From: Gnetum montanum | Lineage: Eukaryota; Plantae; Gnetophyta | Reading direction: 5' to 3' | DNA length: 64,000 nt | NCBI GenBank assembly: GCA_015680685.1 | Contig: MNCI01002045.1 | Coordinates: 161,072-225,071, forward strand | Part shown: positions 27,501 to 40,929 of the stretch, in pieces | How positions within the stretch are numbered: position 1 is the first letter of the stretch | Layout: the number at the start of each line of letters is the position of its first letter | Translations under genes and position numbers: made by a program | Notes under the pieces: model-generated | What the model was told of the DNA's origin: nothing | The model's input: the letters and a program-made list of their open reading frames with translations, nothing else | Database searches by the model: none

Positions 27501-30500
27501 TAAAAATATCTCAAAGTTATCCTTCTAGACAGATCTTAACAATGTAGAATATTTCACAGAAATCATTTTAACAAAACAAACCCTACACAACTATCTAGAA
27601 GGAACACATCAGCAAACAATGGTTCATTCCTTATGAAAATACCATATTTTCCCATCAAACAATAGAGCTACAAGATTTAGCTTCATATTCATAGCAATCT
27701 CCTACTTGAAGATAAATCTTGTTTCTCCATTAAGCACAAATTTATTCCAGGACAGCACCACCACCTCCATTCACATGGCATCTTGCTTCAATGATGCACG
27801 GTGCACTGATTTTGTTATCAACAAGAATACATTCATGCCTGAACTAACCAAAGGCAAGAACATGATAGTGAGAACACAACTACAATTATTACAAAACCTA
27901 GAAACTCTCCATCATAACACTAGAGCCTCTCAAACACCTTGAAAATTGAGCTTGGGTCAACACGTGAGAATAAATAATTGCAGACAATCACATTCTTATG
28001 CAAGAGAGATTCAAATCAAACAATTTTAGGGCATGTTTGGTTTCCAGAATTTCACAATGCTTGAATCTACAAAGATGTTGAGTCTCAAGATTCTTGCATT
28101 GAGGCAGATTACACCTTGTGAGCTGGAATTTTCCAAAACCAAATAAGTTTCTTAATTTAAAAGCTTGAATTTATAGATTTAACATCTATGGATTCAAGTA
28201 ACCAAACATGCCTTTCATAAATCCTTCTTTAGCGTCAACAAATTTGCCTCCTTTCATGTAGTAAATATAAACCTGGAAATGCACATAAAGACATTGCAAA
28301 CTATACAACATCTATATTTACAAGTTAAGAGAACAAAATAGATGCTAAGAATTTAGTTCCCACTTTTACTTCGGATCCAACTCCAATAGAATTAAACCTG
28401 CAATCCTTCTTTACATATCCATATTTACTACATTTCCAAAAAACTAATATCTTCTTCTGTTTACTAATCTTTATAACTAGTGCCTGACTTCTTGATGAAG
28501 TTTATTTGCTCTAAAATGACATCCATTTTCCATTCTAAAATAATTAGTCCATTGTTGTAAAGGTATTAGCACCGATTGCTACCATTGCATGACCCTAGTT
28601 TCCTGACAATGCTCCCAACAAGCATTCACTACTCAAAATTGTGTGACCACTACTTCTAGATCTACTTCTCCAATATTAAATTTTGCCAAAAAAATCAGAA
28701 TGCATTTCAAGCTAATGCACTTTCATGTGCAGAAAAACCCTATCACAAGATGTACTAGCTTAGAGCCCTCAATCCAATTTCCTCAGCAAATCCAATATTG
28801 ATTTTTGCTTGAGTATTCTACCAGTGTTGGAATACCAATTCATCCTCATGGAGAAATTGAGTTTGATGATGCCGTATGTTGAATGGAATTGATAAGAATC
28901 TACCAGTGTTGGAATACCCATTCATCCTTATGAAGAAATTGAGTTTGATGAGTCCGTATGTAAATTAAATGGATCAAACACATTCCATGGATGCTAAACA
29001 AAATAGCATGCAATATCCGTCTGAATGGCAAAAGAATGCCAACAAATTAACTTGTCCAGGCAAACTGTTTAATAAAACAGAAACAATGATTGGAAACTAG
29101 TTACGAACAATCATGTGACAGATGATGGAAAGACATGATAGTACGAGGACATAAAATGGAGCAGGAACATTAAAGTAAGACCATGTCAATTGATGTGAAG
29201 TAAAATTCAATAACAAAGAAGCCAAGTGCAGTGAAATGCATGAAAACATTGCAGAAGGTAAACAGCCATAGCTACAAACCAGAAGACCAAAACCATGCCA
29301 AGCAAGACGATTCTGTGTAGAGAAGCAAAAGACTTCTACCGTAGACATACAGGAAGCAAGTCACCTTGATTCATAGATATGTGGATCAAGATTTATATTT
29401 GTATGGTTGAATTTGTATAACCCCTATACATAATAATTGACAATAATAATAATAATAACTTACTACTGGTAATTTTCTCATCTTCCTATGTTAAAGATCT
29501 TAGTAAACAAATGAAAGGTTTGATATGGTATCAGCACGAAAACATGAAGATGATGAGAGCCAAAGTAGTAAGGGAACCCCCAAGAAGAAAATAGATTGGG
29601 AAAAAGAGATCAAGGTGCTGAATGAAAAATTGCATAATCTTACCTTTATAGTGAAGCAAAAGAGGAAGAACCAAGTTGGAAAAATGACTATTCCAAAGAA
29701 CATCCACTTGACAAAAATCAACTACCATATGTGGTCTGAAATGATGGAGTTATTACTAGGTGCCAATGAACTTTGTGACACAGTAAAATATCCAAAGAAG
29801 GCTCCCCAAAGATAGGGATGAAAAAATAGATTAATTAGCAGCCTTGCTCATCAAAACAAATACTACCCTTGAAATACAAAGACAGGTCCAAGGAGTAGAA
29901 GAATCCCATAAGATTTGGGAAAATCTTGTAAAAAATGTATGGACCAGTTGATGAATCCAGGAAAAAGTACTTGCTGAACAAGCTAATAGGTCTCTGAATA
30001 AAACCAGATCAGTCAATTGCTCACTTAACTGTTGAGATCAATGACATAAGATCAGAAATAGAAAATGAAGGAATATATTTAGACAAAAAACAAAGTCTAT
30101 TGCATGGCCTGCCAGAAGAATACAAGATAGTGGTAAAAAGCCCTGGAGGTTGTAGATTTAAGACTGGACTATACAACACTCATTGCCAAACTACAACTAC
30201 AAGAAAACATGATGAAACAAAAAGAAAAAGCAATTGAAAAGGTTTTAAGTATGCAGGATAAAAGTAAAAATTTTAAGAACAATAAGAAAAATAACTATCA
30301 AAAGATAGAGAAGCCAAATAATGATTATAAATGTGTCATTTGTTAAAAAAGGGGGACACAAGTATAAAAATTACTGGTTTAATTTAAAGAACACAAAGGC
30401 TATCCAAGCTCAACAAAAGCGCATGCAAAGAAAGAGTGATATGAAGGCAAGGGAAGAAACCTTTACGAGTTATGCTAAACACACCAAAGCTTACAGGATT

Positions 30501-33500
30501 TGCAATTATGAAAAACAAAATCTTTCGATATCAAGAGATGCAATCTGCGACAAAAATAGTCTAATCAATGGAATAACATGGAGACATGTTCCACAGATAG
30601 ATGAAGTTGAAGACCTTGATGAAGAAGAATTATACCAGGAAGGAGAATTTGTGGAAGTAGACCATCATGCCAGAACTCCTAGCTTAGGGAGAGAGCATGA
30701 AGAGGTAACAAATGATCAAGGCACTCAAAAAGTTCATTGGAAAAACAATTCCCAAGATGATAAACGAAAAATTATCAAAATGGTGGCATAAAATCATTGA
30801 AAAGCAGAACAGATATTGTCTAGACATATAAATCAACTAGTAATGACAAGAAATCAATGGAAACAATAAGAAGAAGAAATTTGTCTATGCACAAACATCT
30901 CAGATATGGAAGCTCCAAGGAATGTGAAAGAGGCACTCCCAAAACCAAACTATAAAGACAGCAAGCATACAGGTTGAATACGATATGATGATTAAAAGAA
31001 AAGTGTCACATTTGGTGCCAATACCAGCTACTAGGAACATTGTAAGGAATAAATGGGTATTGACTACAAGGTTGAAAGAAGATCTAAGTCTGGATAAGTA
31101 TAAGGCAAGACTTGTCATGAAAGGTCTCCTTCATCATGAAGGAATAAACTATAAGGAGATATTTGCACGGACAACCAAAATGAAGTCCCTTAAGAGTCAT
31201 GATTATGATAGCAACAAGAAACTATTGGAAGTTATACCAAATTGATGCAAAAATCTGCATTTTTGTATGGAGAATTGAAAGAAGAAATTTACATAGACCA
31301 ACCAGAAGGATTCGTAGAAGGTGAAAACTTGGTATACAACTTGAAGAAAGCCTTATACAAATTCAAGCAAACCCCAAAAACATGGTACCGTTATACCCAT
31401 ACTCATCTTCCTTCATTTGGAAGCTTGGGCACAACATACATCCCCTGAGCAGTTGCCTACCACCTAGACAACATCATTTAGCTTTTTTACATCATTTGGC
31501 ATCATCTTTGCATCATTTTGTTTTTGACATCACTGACGATGTTTCGCATCATTTGGACATCAAATTAACAGCTCAACATCTTGAAGCTTCTAAAGTCTTC
31601 ATCGTGGGCCCCAAGGCATCGTTTCTTCCATGCATTTTTTAGTCTATAAGTAGAAGCCCTAGGGCATAAGTTTGAGTACCTTTGATCTCTTATTGAATTG
31701 AGTCGAAATCTAATCAGATTCTCTTTCAAACAAGGAGGAAATTCACATCAGCCAATCACATTGCACTTTCAAAGCTCTTGTATCCCCTAGCAAAACCCTA
31801 TCCCCATCTAACGTAATTGTATCCCCTTCGTTGTGCCACTGCTTGACACATAAAAATCCAAACAGTCTAGTTCAATCCAAATCCCTGTTTCATCAAGCCT
31901 GCACTTGCATTGGTGTTTGTCCCAAAAGAAAACCGTACACATCAGAGATCGAAGTAATGTAGCTGCTCATCAACAGCCTTTGTATCACATGGTTCTTCTC
32001 TAGGCAATCTACATGTTCCAACTTATTTTTTATTTTTATCTTTTTTCTATTCCACCCTAAAACCTCCTCTGCCCTAGACTGCAAAGAAGAGTTTTGCTTA
32101 TCACTTGCTATAAACATTTGTCTAACAATATAGGATACACTTTGTCCTTTATTTCAATCATTCTCTTTTTCCTAACATAGATCCATTGTTTTGCCCGTAG
32201 ATTCAATCAATAGAAACACATTTTCTATCATTCTTCTACTAGTCTATCCACAAAACCATTTTTTTCGTTCTTGCATCATTCTTTTTCTTTTTCTTTTTTT
32301 TTTCTTTTTTTTTTTGCTACATTTAATTTATAAGTTATACACTTTGTCCTTGATTTCAATCGTTCTCTTTTTCCTAACATAGATCCATTGTTTTGCCTGT
32401 AGATTCAATCAATAGAAACACATTTTCTATCATTCTTCTACTAGTCTATCCACAAAACCATTTTTTTCATTCTTGCATCATTTTTTTTCTTTTTTTCTTT
32501 TTTTTTTTTTTTGCTACATTTAATTTTTAAGTTACCTTCTTTTGTCTTCTATGTTACTTTTGATGCTAGGTCGTTATGTTGATATGACCAAAAAGTCCTC
32601 AACTTTTTGAAGATACGTCGTTAGACCATTTGTGGCTATAGATAGTATTGCACTACCTTCTATTGCATTTGTGATACTAGGAAAAGAAACATGATATTTT
32701 GTATCAATTGTAAGTTGATCACATCAATTCTCACCACAATAGGTATTTTGAAAAATCATGAATTTCAAAAATCAATTGCAGATGAGAATTTGTTCTATTG
32801 GAAGGCCAATGGAACACTGCAGATACCATTGACATTTCATGTGGACAATATCTTACTAACGGAACGGGATCAACATACTTTGAATAACTTTATGTTAGCC
32901 TTGGGATGGAATTTTGAGATTTCTGACCTAGGCATAGCACATTATTACCTAGGGATAGAAATCCATTAAGATCAAGGAAAAATATGGGTAACACAAACGA
33001 AGTATGCAATGGAACAGCTGGAAGATTATAACATGAAAGATTATATAGCAGCAATAATACCGATGTGATCAAGAATTAAAATCAACATGAAAGAACCAAA
33101 CATAGAGCCAACTCAATATTGACAATGGATTAGGTCACTAATGTACTTGACTAATACCTAACCAGACGTTCAATATGCTGCTAATGTTTTAGCTATAAGC
33201 ATGCAGGATCCCACGGAAGTCCCCATGAAGGCTGAAATGATTAATATGAAATACATAAAAGAAACTACAAACATGCAGGATCCCACGGAAGCCCCCATGA
33301 AGGCTGAAATGAATAATATGAAATACATAAAAGAAACTACAAACATTGGACTGCAATATATGAATGATAAATAGTTGCAAATAATGGTATATTCTAATGC
33401 AAACTGGGTAAAAGATCTAATGACCAGAAAATCACATGCTGGAATTGTGATTCAGTTTGGTTTATCAACATTGAATTGGTATAGTGGAAAACAAAAGAGA

Positions 33501-36500
33501 GCATCCATATTGTTGATGGAACCAGAATAGCGTGCAATGCAAAACACATTGAAAGACCCAATGTGGTTCAATCAATTATTTCAGGAGAACGGAATCCAAC
33601 TACTAAAACCAATTACATTGTATTATGATAATACAGCAATGATCAAGATTACCAAAAACCCAATTCATGAATGAAGTGAGCATATTGAAGTTGATATGCA
33701 TTTCCTACAACAAATGTATGACAAGAAGTTTATAAAATTGAAGTACATCAACACCAAAGCTAAAAAGGCTGATGGACTCACTAAACAGCTATCAAAAGAA
33801 GAGTTTTTATGATTCTAGGAGTCCCTAGCTTTAAGGAAATCCTCTAACTAAGAAATAAGGAATTAAAATCCATGAAAACAATCAAGAAAGAAGAAATAGT
33901 ATGTAAGTAACAGACAGAGATTGGAAGCTGGGCCCTTATAATGTCCAGACTAGTATCTACAAATTACGCTTCTTATTTGGTGGATTTTCCATGATTAATG
34001 AATTCAAGAAGAGTGTTTGAATGCCAATTCATCCTCAGAGAAATTAAGTTCGATGAATTCATGTATTGAACAGAATTGATAAAAATCTGCGTAAACTAAT
34101 TGGATTAAATGCATTCCATTGACACTAAACAGAATAGCATACAAAATCCATGTGGAAGGAAAAAGAACACCAAAAATTAACCTGTGCAGGCAAACCATTT
34201 AATAAAATGGAAACAAAGATTGGAAACTAGTTATGAAGAGTCACATGACATGATGGAAAAACATCATGGCATGAGGATGTAAAATGAAGTAGCAACATTA
34301 AAGTAAGCCTATGGCAATTGATGTGAAGTAAACTACAATAACAAAGAAGCCAAGTCCAATGGAATGCATGAAAATGTCATAGAATGGAATGCATGAAAAT
34401 GTCATAGAAGGTAAATTAATTGTAAACTAGAAGGAGAACAGAACTAGGCCAAAAGAGAGGATTCTGTGTGGAGGAGCAAAAGGCTTCCAACATAGACGGG
34501 AAGCAAGTCACCTTGATTTGCAGATGTGTGGATCAAGATTTATATTTGTATTGTTGAATTCATATAACCCCTGTACATAATATTTCATAATAATAAAAGA
34601 ATTTATTACTAGTAATTTTCTCATCTTCCCATGCTAAAGATCTTGGGAAACAAATTGTAAGATTTGATAATGAGAATTGGATCCACAATGCGCCTATGAA
34701 TCAAGCCTAGTACCCTTTGAAACTTTTGAAAACACTCATCACTCATACAAAAAGGTTTTGCAGTCAAACCAACATTCCATTTTCTTTCATACAACAAATC
34801 TACAACCATCTTCCAAAGGTCATAGAAACTTTCATAAACTTTTGAACAAGAATGATCTTTAGATCTATAACTCCTACTCAAGCAAGAAACTCCAAAAGAA
34901 GAAACCAAATATAGGTGAATCTACAAAAATATCTTAAAATTTACCTCTCCACTTGTTTCTTTAATTTCGCAAATAGCACCACAAAAACCTAGAATTCCTG
35001 CATCTCTTTTCAAGGAGTTTTCTTTCTTCTACAAAATTGTACCTTTGCACTACTAAACCTTGCTTCAATTCAACATGCATAAAAGCAACTACACCAAAGA
35101 AATCTAGCAAGCCCTTGAACTTACTCCGATACCATTGTGTTAGAGAACGAAGCATATGGACCAAAGAAATAATAACATGCAAGATATAACACAACCAAAA
35201 AAATCACTGAAAATAACAAACAAAGTGCAAAACCAAAACCAAAATCAAATTAAAAATAAGAGATATATGATTTACAAGGTAAAACCCTCAAGAACATAGG
35301 GAAACCACCACAACAAAAGCTTAGCTCATATTGTTCAATCAATCCAAATGAGGTATGTTGCTTACAATGAATAAGGGATTTGACCTTTGAATAGGGAAAG
35401 CCACATTTTAAATAATAATCTAGAAGATCTCAACAATGTAAAACATTCCACAAGAATTACTTCTAGAAATGGTGTCAATGAGAAGGCATTGCTTAACTAG
35501 AGCATGCAGCTTGTTGTTTGCAAGTCCAAAGTTCAATTCTAATGGATATGCTAATCTAACATGTCATTATGTTTTACTTTAGTGTACGGAAGTTTTGTGT
35601 TGGCTATATGTCCAAGGGGTACATATAGTCATCTAGTTCTAGTTCTCTCCCTCCTCCTCCCCTCCCTCCCTCNNNNNNNNNNNNNNNNNNNNNNNNNNNN
35701 NNNNNNNNNNNNNNNNNNNNNNNNNNNNNNCCCCCCAAATTCTAGAAAAATAGACCCCATAAAACTATCTAGAAAGAATCCATTAGTAAGCAATGGCTCA
35801 TCCTTTACAAAAGGACCAAATTTACCAATCAAACAATAGAGCTACAAGATATATATTCACATTCATAACAAGTATAAGGGGAGGGAGCATGAAATGGTTT
35901 TATTATCATGTAGATTGCAGGCAAGCAACTTATTTAATTCACAATATAATGTTCAACAACACCAATATTGAGCTCTCTCTGCATTACAGATCTGTGTGTA
36001 ATGTGGTGTTTGTATTGAGTTTTCTTCATGAATTATCTATACTTTTGTATTCTTGTTATAGTTTTGTCTTATTTTATCCAAGTTTCTCCTCACAAATTTG
36101 TTTGTTCTTTAAGTCTGAATTTTGTATAATTATCAAAAATTATATCTAGTAACTCACTTTGTTACATCCCTATGGACCTCAAATTTTAGAATTTGAGTTT
36201 TGTTATATTGATGTCTGACCAGTTTAAATAAAAGCTACAATTAAAAACATTGTTAATCTTGAACAAAAATAAATGGTATAAAAATGTATCATTTATATTA
36301 AGATTTCTTATATGGTGAATACAATTCTCTACAAAGAATCACCTATGGAGTAATGTCAATGAGATGATGTTTGTTAATAAGAATTTCAGCTTGGATTCTA
36401 CAGGTTGCAAATTCAATCCAAACATGTTCTATTGAGATGTACAAGAATTGTATAAAAGAAATGGTTCACACTTAATTTTGTCAAACATATTCCCAAGCTC

Positions 36501-39500
36501 TTGTTAGTGATGCATTGCTCACTTAGTTAGAGCATGTAACCTATGATTTGCAAGTCATAGGCTCAATACCAAGAGGTATACTGAGACACATACCAACATA
36601 GGGGCATAGTAAAAAAAATATGTTCAAGCCATGGCATCAGGTAGACAACCCACAATAGAAATCATTTTCAAATCCTTTGCCCATGTTAACAGTCAACCCA
36701 TATGGATGAGATAAAGGCACCATGACAATGATGTCCCCAAGCTCTTGTAGACTCCACATAGATATAATAAACTACTTCCATTTCAGTTATCTATGCAATG
36801 TTTACCAACCTTCTTGTACAGAATTCACTATGTTAGGAATACAATGCTAATAGTATTAATTGGTGATGTCAATATTAAGGGATCCAAATGAATAACCTTG
36901 TGATCCCTTGGGCATACAGCCAGTTGAATCTAACATACTAATGTCAAATATGAAAAGGTAGGAATGGTAATCTCACAAATTACAGATCATCTGGGAGCAA
37001 TAGTGAAGCCATAACTAGATTCAATGAATTCGGAAGGAGCTTGCTTCATTTGTAAGAAACTACATATATTTATTCTAATGATAATTAAAAGAATTTCACA
37101 GTACAATCATATTCCCTAGTTTGGAAAACACCTTGGGAATCACTTTCTTTTCAATTTTTATAATGATGGCTTCTGATGTTTGGTTACTTGTTTGCTACCT
37201 ATCCTTCAGCTTCCATTTGCTTTGGCATCTCTCATTACACAACGCATTGTGCCAGAGACAAGCAATGATTGCTTCAGTAAAGTCCAGTTCCTTCTGTACG
37301 CTCTACTGCTTAATATGCTATGCATGCCAAGGCTGGGTTGCCCTCTTGCTTCTCTTCAACTTATAATTCAATGGATTACTTTTTTTTTTCTTGCCTTCTT
37401 CATGTATATTTTTATCCAAACTATTTTAATGGTAACATCTTGTCTAGAATAACATACTTCTTCATATACTCATTAATAAAACTATAGTACTGGTTTTGGT
37501 ATTCCATGTGACATTTCATAAGGTCTTTCCATGCAGTGATTTGGTTGTACAGAAAGCATGATATCATTGTCAAAACAGGAAGTAGATCATTGTTTTGCTC
37601 ATTAATGTAGCTTCTCAAACTTCACTGGCTTTATGTTTTCTTTAAGGCTTTCTTCTTTCTCTCTTTCTCAGTTTTTATTTGCTTCTTTTTCCTGTGTTGT
37701 TTTTAACATTTTCTGAATCTTTATTTATGTTGACTGCAAATCTTATTTGATCTACTGTACAAAGCAGTGTCAGAATTCATTTTACAGATTTTTTTTTTTT
37801 AATCCATAAATCAGAATTGCCCATTGGAATCAAATCTATGACCTAGGATTTCCATGCCAAGAGTCTTACCGCTAAGGTAACACCTCACTGCAGGTTCCTA
37901 AACATCACAGTACTCTCTCAGAAATCTTTGCCACATTCACAACCTTCTTAGCAATCACTAGAACATTGAATCTATGTTAAAAAGAAGCTCTGGAAACATA
38001 ATCTTGGTTACATTATCTGGAAAAGTATGGGTCAAATCAATCTGTTGCAGAAATAGTCATAACACAATGACACTCACAACGCAGGCAAACACCAATGCAA
38101 TGGCAAAAGAAGATCCTCTAACTCCTTCATAAAAACCAATAGCTGCTGCTAATGCTATAACTGATGCGGCATGAGATGATGGCATTCCACCAGATCCAAG
38201 AAGCCTTCTGGCATCCCATCGTTTATCTTTATACCTGCATGTCTAGAATCATAACTGTAAATGCTTAGAATAGAAACATTCTTATTTATACTTAAAGATG
38301 CTATTTAATTAGAAAATGAATCTGTTAAAGTGATGTATAAAGGTAAAAGAGACATTCTACGCACAGTAACTAAAACCATGGCAAACCTATCTTAACTTTC
38401 CCAACAGATTAAAAGATATGTGACACCTAGAAAATCATGTGTCAAAAATAAAAGTTTAAAAATATTTAGAACTAGTAGGTAATATTTACCAAACATTGAA
38501 AATGTCATAAGGTATTACCTAAACTAAATAAACTAGCCACTAACTAAGTCCTAAACTAACCATTACCCACAATATCTAAACTAGTCATTAATCTTAGCAC
38601 TATTTCTTCTCTATCTAATCCTTGAGAAATCAATTTAGAAATCAATTGCAACTGATAATGAATCTAGTATGAGTTGAAATATCTTGCAAAGAAACAAAAT
38701 GCAAGCTATATATTGTACAAAGAAATATACATTTATTTTTAAAGAGTTATCTTAGAACAATATTTGTAGCACTTTCAATATTGAGTATGGTCTTAGAGGA
38801 ATTCATGCAGACTCAAAAACTTAATAGAGGCACATGAGAAATGATCCTTCTTGCTGCAGATGGAAACTTAGTAAAGCTTGAAAAAGCAATTTTTATTAGT
38901 TTCATATGAAAAATTCTGGTTAGAATTTCATATCTAATAATTAGGCAATAAAAAAACCTTTTGTACTGCTATTAGTACTTTGGTTCCAACAAAATTGTCA
39001 TTTTGGATATGCAATGCCTTAAGTAGTAAGCACCATTTTGTGAATACTATTTAACCAGTGCCTCATTTCTGCTTTAGAAAAATCAGTGTTAATGATTGGT
39101 GACAATTTACTGATTTATGTGGAATAGACAACACCATTTTGGTGAGACAAGGCTAGGATGATGATGATAATGACTGATTTATGTGGAAGATATTGTGGTC
39201 ATGCTCAGACGAGAGATGTTCAATTTGTTTGTTTAATATATATCATTTCCCAATATGTTAGCTGAGGTGTTAACTTAATGGTAAAAGCCTTGGCTTATTA
39301 ACCCCAAGTCACAGGTTCAATTCCATTAGGAAGCACTGAGTTATAAATTTTTTTAAAAAAATTCTGAAACTGACCCGATAGATCCTACGGGTATCCGTGG
39401 ACATAAGTAAAAAAATTTGAGTTTCAGTTTCAATATTTAACATGAATAAGCGTACAGTCCAAATCATGCCTGCCGGACAATGGTAAAGCTTTTTCATACA

Positions 39501-40638
39501 CGTGCATAACACAAGTGCAGAGGTTTCATACAGTCAACACAACAAGAGATACAGTTGGCAGAAGCTGACAGATTTAAACACAGGTTTATAGTGAAGAGGA
39601 CCAACGCCTGAATCACTGTGCTGCAGCACAAAGCCCACAATAACATTGTAGATCGTAAACACCTCAACATGAGATAGATTTCATAATTTAAGAAATGTTC
39701 AACCATGTCACTTAAATCAACAAGCTTTAGTGCTAATTACGAGTATTATTGGTGGGTCAGATGCATCATATGTTGATTTCAATTGTCAATTCTTGTTAGG
39801 ATCGCAATGTTGTATCTGTGGGAATTAATCTTACAGGATTGGGTTCATTAGTCAGTTTTTATGATATTAATGGCTTAATCATGGGTCGAAAAACGCAATC
39901 GTTTGCAGTTAAAGAACAATATCGTTGCAGAATCTAAGAATGGATCTAATAATCGCTACGTCTACACATCAATTACTCGGACACACACCAATCACTTCAA
40001 AGTCATTGTACATTCACCATGATCTAATGCCCTGAGTGGAAATAATGGAGGATTCCAATGTATAATTGTTGTCAAGAAATATCATTAGGTTCAACTCTGA
40101 AACCAGTGGCTAAGTACAACTAAAAGCTTCCAAGTATTTTAGGAATATCAAGGACGGATGCCATGTCTGATACATTCGACCCGTAACAACATGGCAATTA
40201 CTTGAAAGTCAAGAAAGGAATCATTTACCCACCAGAAATACAAATCTGGCAAGCAACACTGTTTTCATGATTCATGATTTACTGACATAATCCCAAAACA
40301 AAACTGGAACAAACGACGCAAAGTTTGCAAAAACCTACACCAAGATGGACCAAGCATAAAATAATTTGCAAAACGGAAAGCGAAACGACTAGAAATTTGG
40401 GTATATTTTGAAAATTCCAGCAACAGAATAAAAGAGCGGGGTAAAGATAGATACAGCACCAGGAAGTGACGACCTTCAGGAACTGAGCAATGACGAAGGC
40501 AAGGAAGGCAGCTGTGAGAGGGTAGTTGCTAAACACGGCCGGAAAGGAGCTGCCAGAGCCACCTCCTCCTCCTGCTAAAGAAGCAGCCCCAGATAGGGGC
40601 TTGGCATCGTTGGCCACTGCTACTTCCTCCATCATCAT
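18432..40638 (-). CDS. DUF212 / divergent PAP2-family protein (acid phosphatase/vanadium-dependent haloperoxidase-related); join(40638..40460,38234..38078,26210..26160,25450..25358,18503..18432), 183 aa
   Basis: Manual splicing gives 552 nt in one open frame with GT..AG at all four introns. Family motifs present: [35 protein letters not shown]. Confidence 0.95.
19600..21170 (-). mobile_element. Truncated Ty1/Copia element in intron 4 (5' LTR, PBS, gag pseudogene)
   Basis: Perfect tRNA-iMet PBS TGGTATCAGAGC at 20909->20898. Gag remnants [23 protein letters not shown] and [17 protein letters not shown]...VQEEESRR. The outer LTR boundary is approximate. Confidence 0.85.
22104..23820 (+). mobile_element. 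LTR-like TE fragment in intron 4, with a ~226-bp tandem duplication (23375-23820)
   Basis: Starts TGTATTG, TATAAAAGG near 22319. The duplication is directly visible. No TSD or 3' end found. Confidence 0.4.
25358..25450 (-). CDS. DUF212 gene exon 4 ([31 protein letters not shown])
   Basis: Acceptor TTTTCACAG|, donor CAG|GTATCT. Conserved LGHTPxQ motif. Confidence 0.95.
26160..26210 (-). CDS. DUF212 gene exon 3 ([17 protein letters not shown])
   Basis: Acceptor TCAAG|, donor GAG|GTAAAC. Conserved VMYDAxGVR motif. Confidence 0.95.
27116..27368. mobile_element. Tourist/PIF-Harbinger-like MITE
   Basis: Terminal inverted repeats GAGCATGCTTGGTT / AACCAAGCACACCC, followed by TTA. Absent from the sister LTR at about 35288. 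Confidence 0.8.
28029..28213. mobile_element. Tourist/PIF-Harbinger-like MITE
   Basis: Terminal inverted repeats GGGCATGTTTGGTT / AACCAAACATGCCT, preceded by TTA. Confidence 0.8.
31389..32741 (+). mobile_element. Solo-LTR-like insertion interrupting the Copia B reverse transcriptase
   Basis: RT breaks after PKTWY and resumes at LKNHEFQKS. Flanks GGTAC/GGTAT, decayed termini CGTT...AATA, TATA-like CTATAAG near 31645, internal ~200-bp tandem duplication at 32140-32530. Confidence 0.7.
33197..33345. repeat. ~74-bp tandem duplication inside Copia B pol
   Basis: CATGCAGGATCCCACGGAAG...AAAGAAACTACAAA x2. Confidence 0.9.
37819..37887 (-). mobile_element. tRNA-derived SINE-like repeat, family A
   Basis: TGAGGTGTTACCTTAGCGGTAAGACTCTTGGC...GTCATAGATTTGATTCC on the minus strand. 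Confidence 0.65.
38078..38234 (-). CDS. DUF212 gene exon 2 ([25 protein letters not shown]...[10 protein letters not shown])
   Basis: Acceptor TGCAG|G, donor GTT|GTGAGT. Contains the PAP2-like GGMPSSH motif. Confidence 0.96.
39263..39350 (+). mobile_element. tRNA-derived SINE-like repeat, family A
   Basis: TGAGGTGTTAACTTAATGGTAAAAG (A box) ...AGGTTCAATTCC (B box), followed by the shared tail GCACTGAGTTATAAA. Confidence 0.7.
40460..40638 (-). CDS. DUF212 gene exon 1 ([10 protein letters not shown]...[25 protein letters not shown])
   Basis: ATG at 40638 (three consecutive Met codons, so the true start is uncertain by up to 6 nt). Donor TG|GTGCTG, intron starts at 40459, phase 2. Confidence 0.92.
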
Positions 40639-40929
40639 CTGCTGCTGCTGCCAACACCTTTGGTGTCCTATGCTCTCCTCTCCTGTGCTGTGTTGTGCTG
40701 TGCTTTTCTATGCTACGCTATGCTGAGACCTTTCGCTGCTATGCTATGCTGAGACCTTTCGCCGTATTTGGGATTGACTGAGTAGCATTTGGTGTCCGAT
40801 AGGATGATGCCCAATGTTGCAAGTCACCTGCAACAAGACAAAAACTTATCGCAGCCCACCAATACAACTAATTTAAAGAGAAATCATTTAGAAAAAGGTT
40901 ATATGATTGGTAAAGCCTACTTCTCGACA

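Larger units (their letters stand above)
28825..34669 (+). mobile_element. Degenerate Ty1/Copia element B (LTRs 28825-29525 and 34014-34669)
   Basis: The LTR pair aligns. PBS TGGTATCAGC at 29526. Gag ([14 protein letters not shown]), RT ([46 protein letters not shown]) and RNase H remnants at 33390-33830. Purine tract before 34014. Degenerate TSD ACCAG/ATGAG. Confidence 0.93.
26923..35870 (-). mobile_element. Non-autonomous Copia-type element A (LTRs 35870->35138 and 27696->26923), split by element B
   Basis: Perfect TSD AGTAT (26918-26922 and 35871-35875). PBS TGGTATCGGAG at 35134->35124. PPT CAAGTAGGAGAT just before 27696. The LTRs share e.g. GTGCAAAACCAAAACCAAAATCAAA and CTCATATTGTTCAATCAATCCAAAT. 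Gag zinc-knuckle remnant [15 protein letters not shown] near 28420. Confidence 0.88.

Noticed and set aside
39263-39335. Functional tRNA gene
   Set aside because: Acceptor and anticodon stems do not pair properly, and diverged copies share a non-tRNA tail, so it is SINE-like.
40279-40459. C-terminal half of the 119-aa ORF as coding
   Set aside because: Read-through into intron 1; family homology continues at exon 2 (38234).
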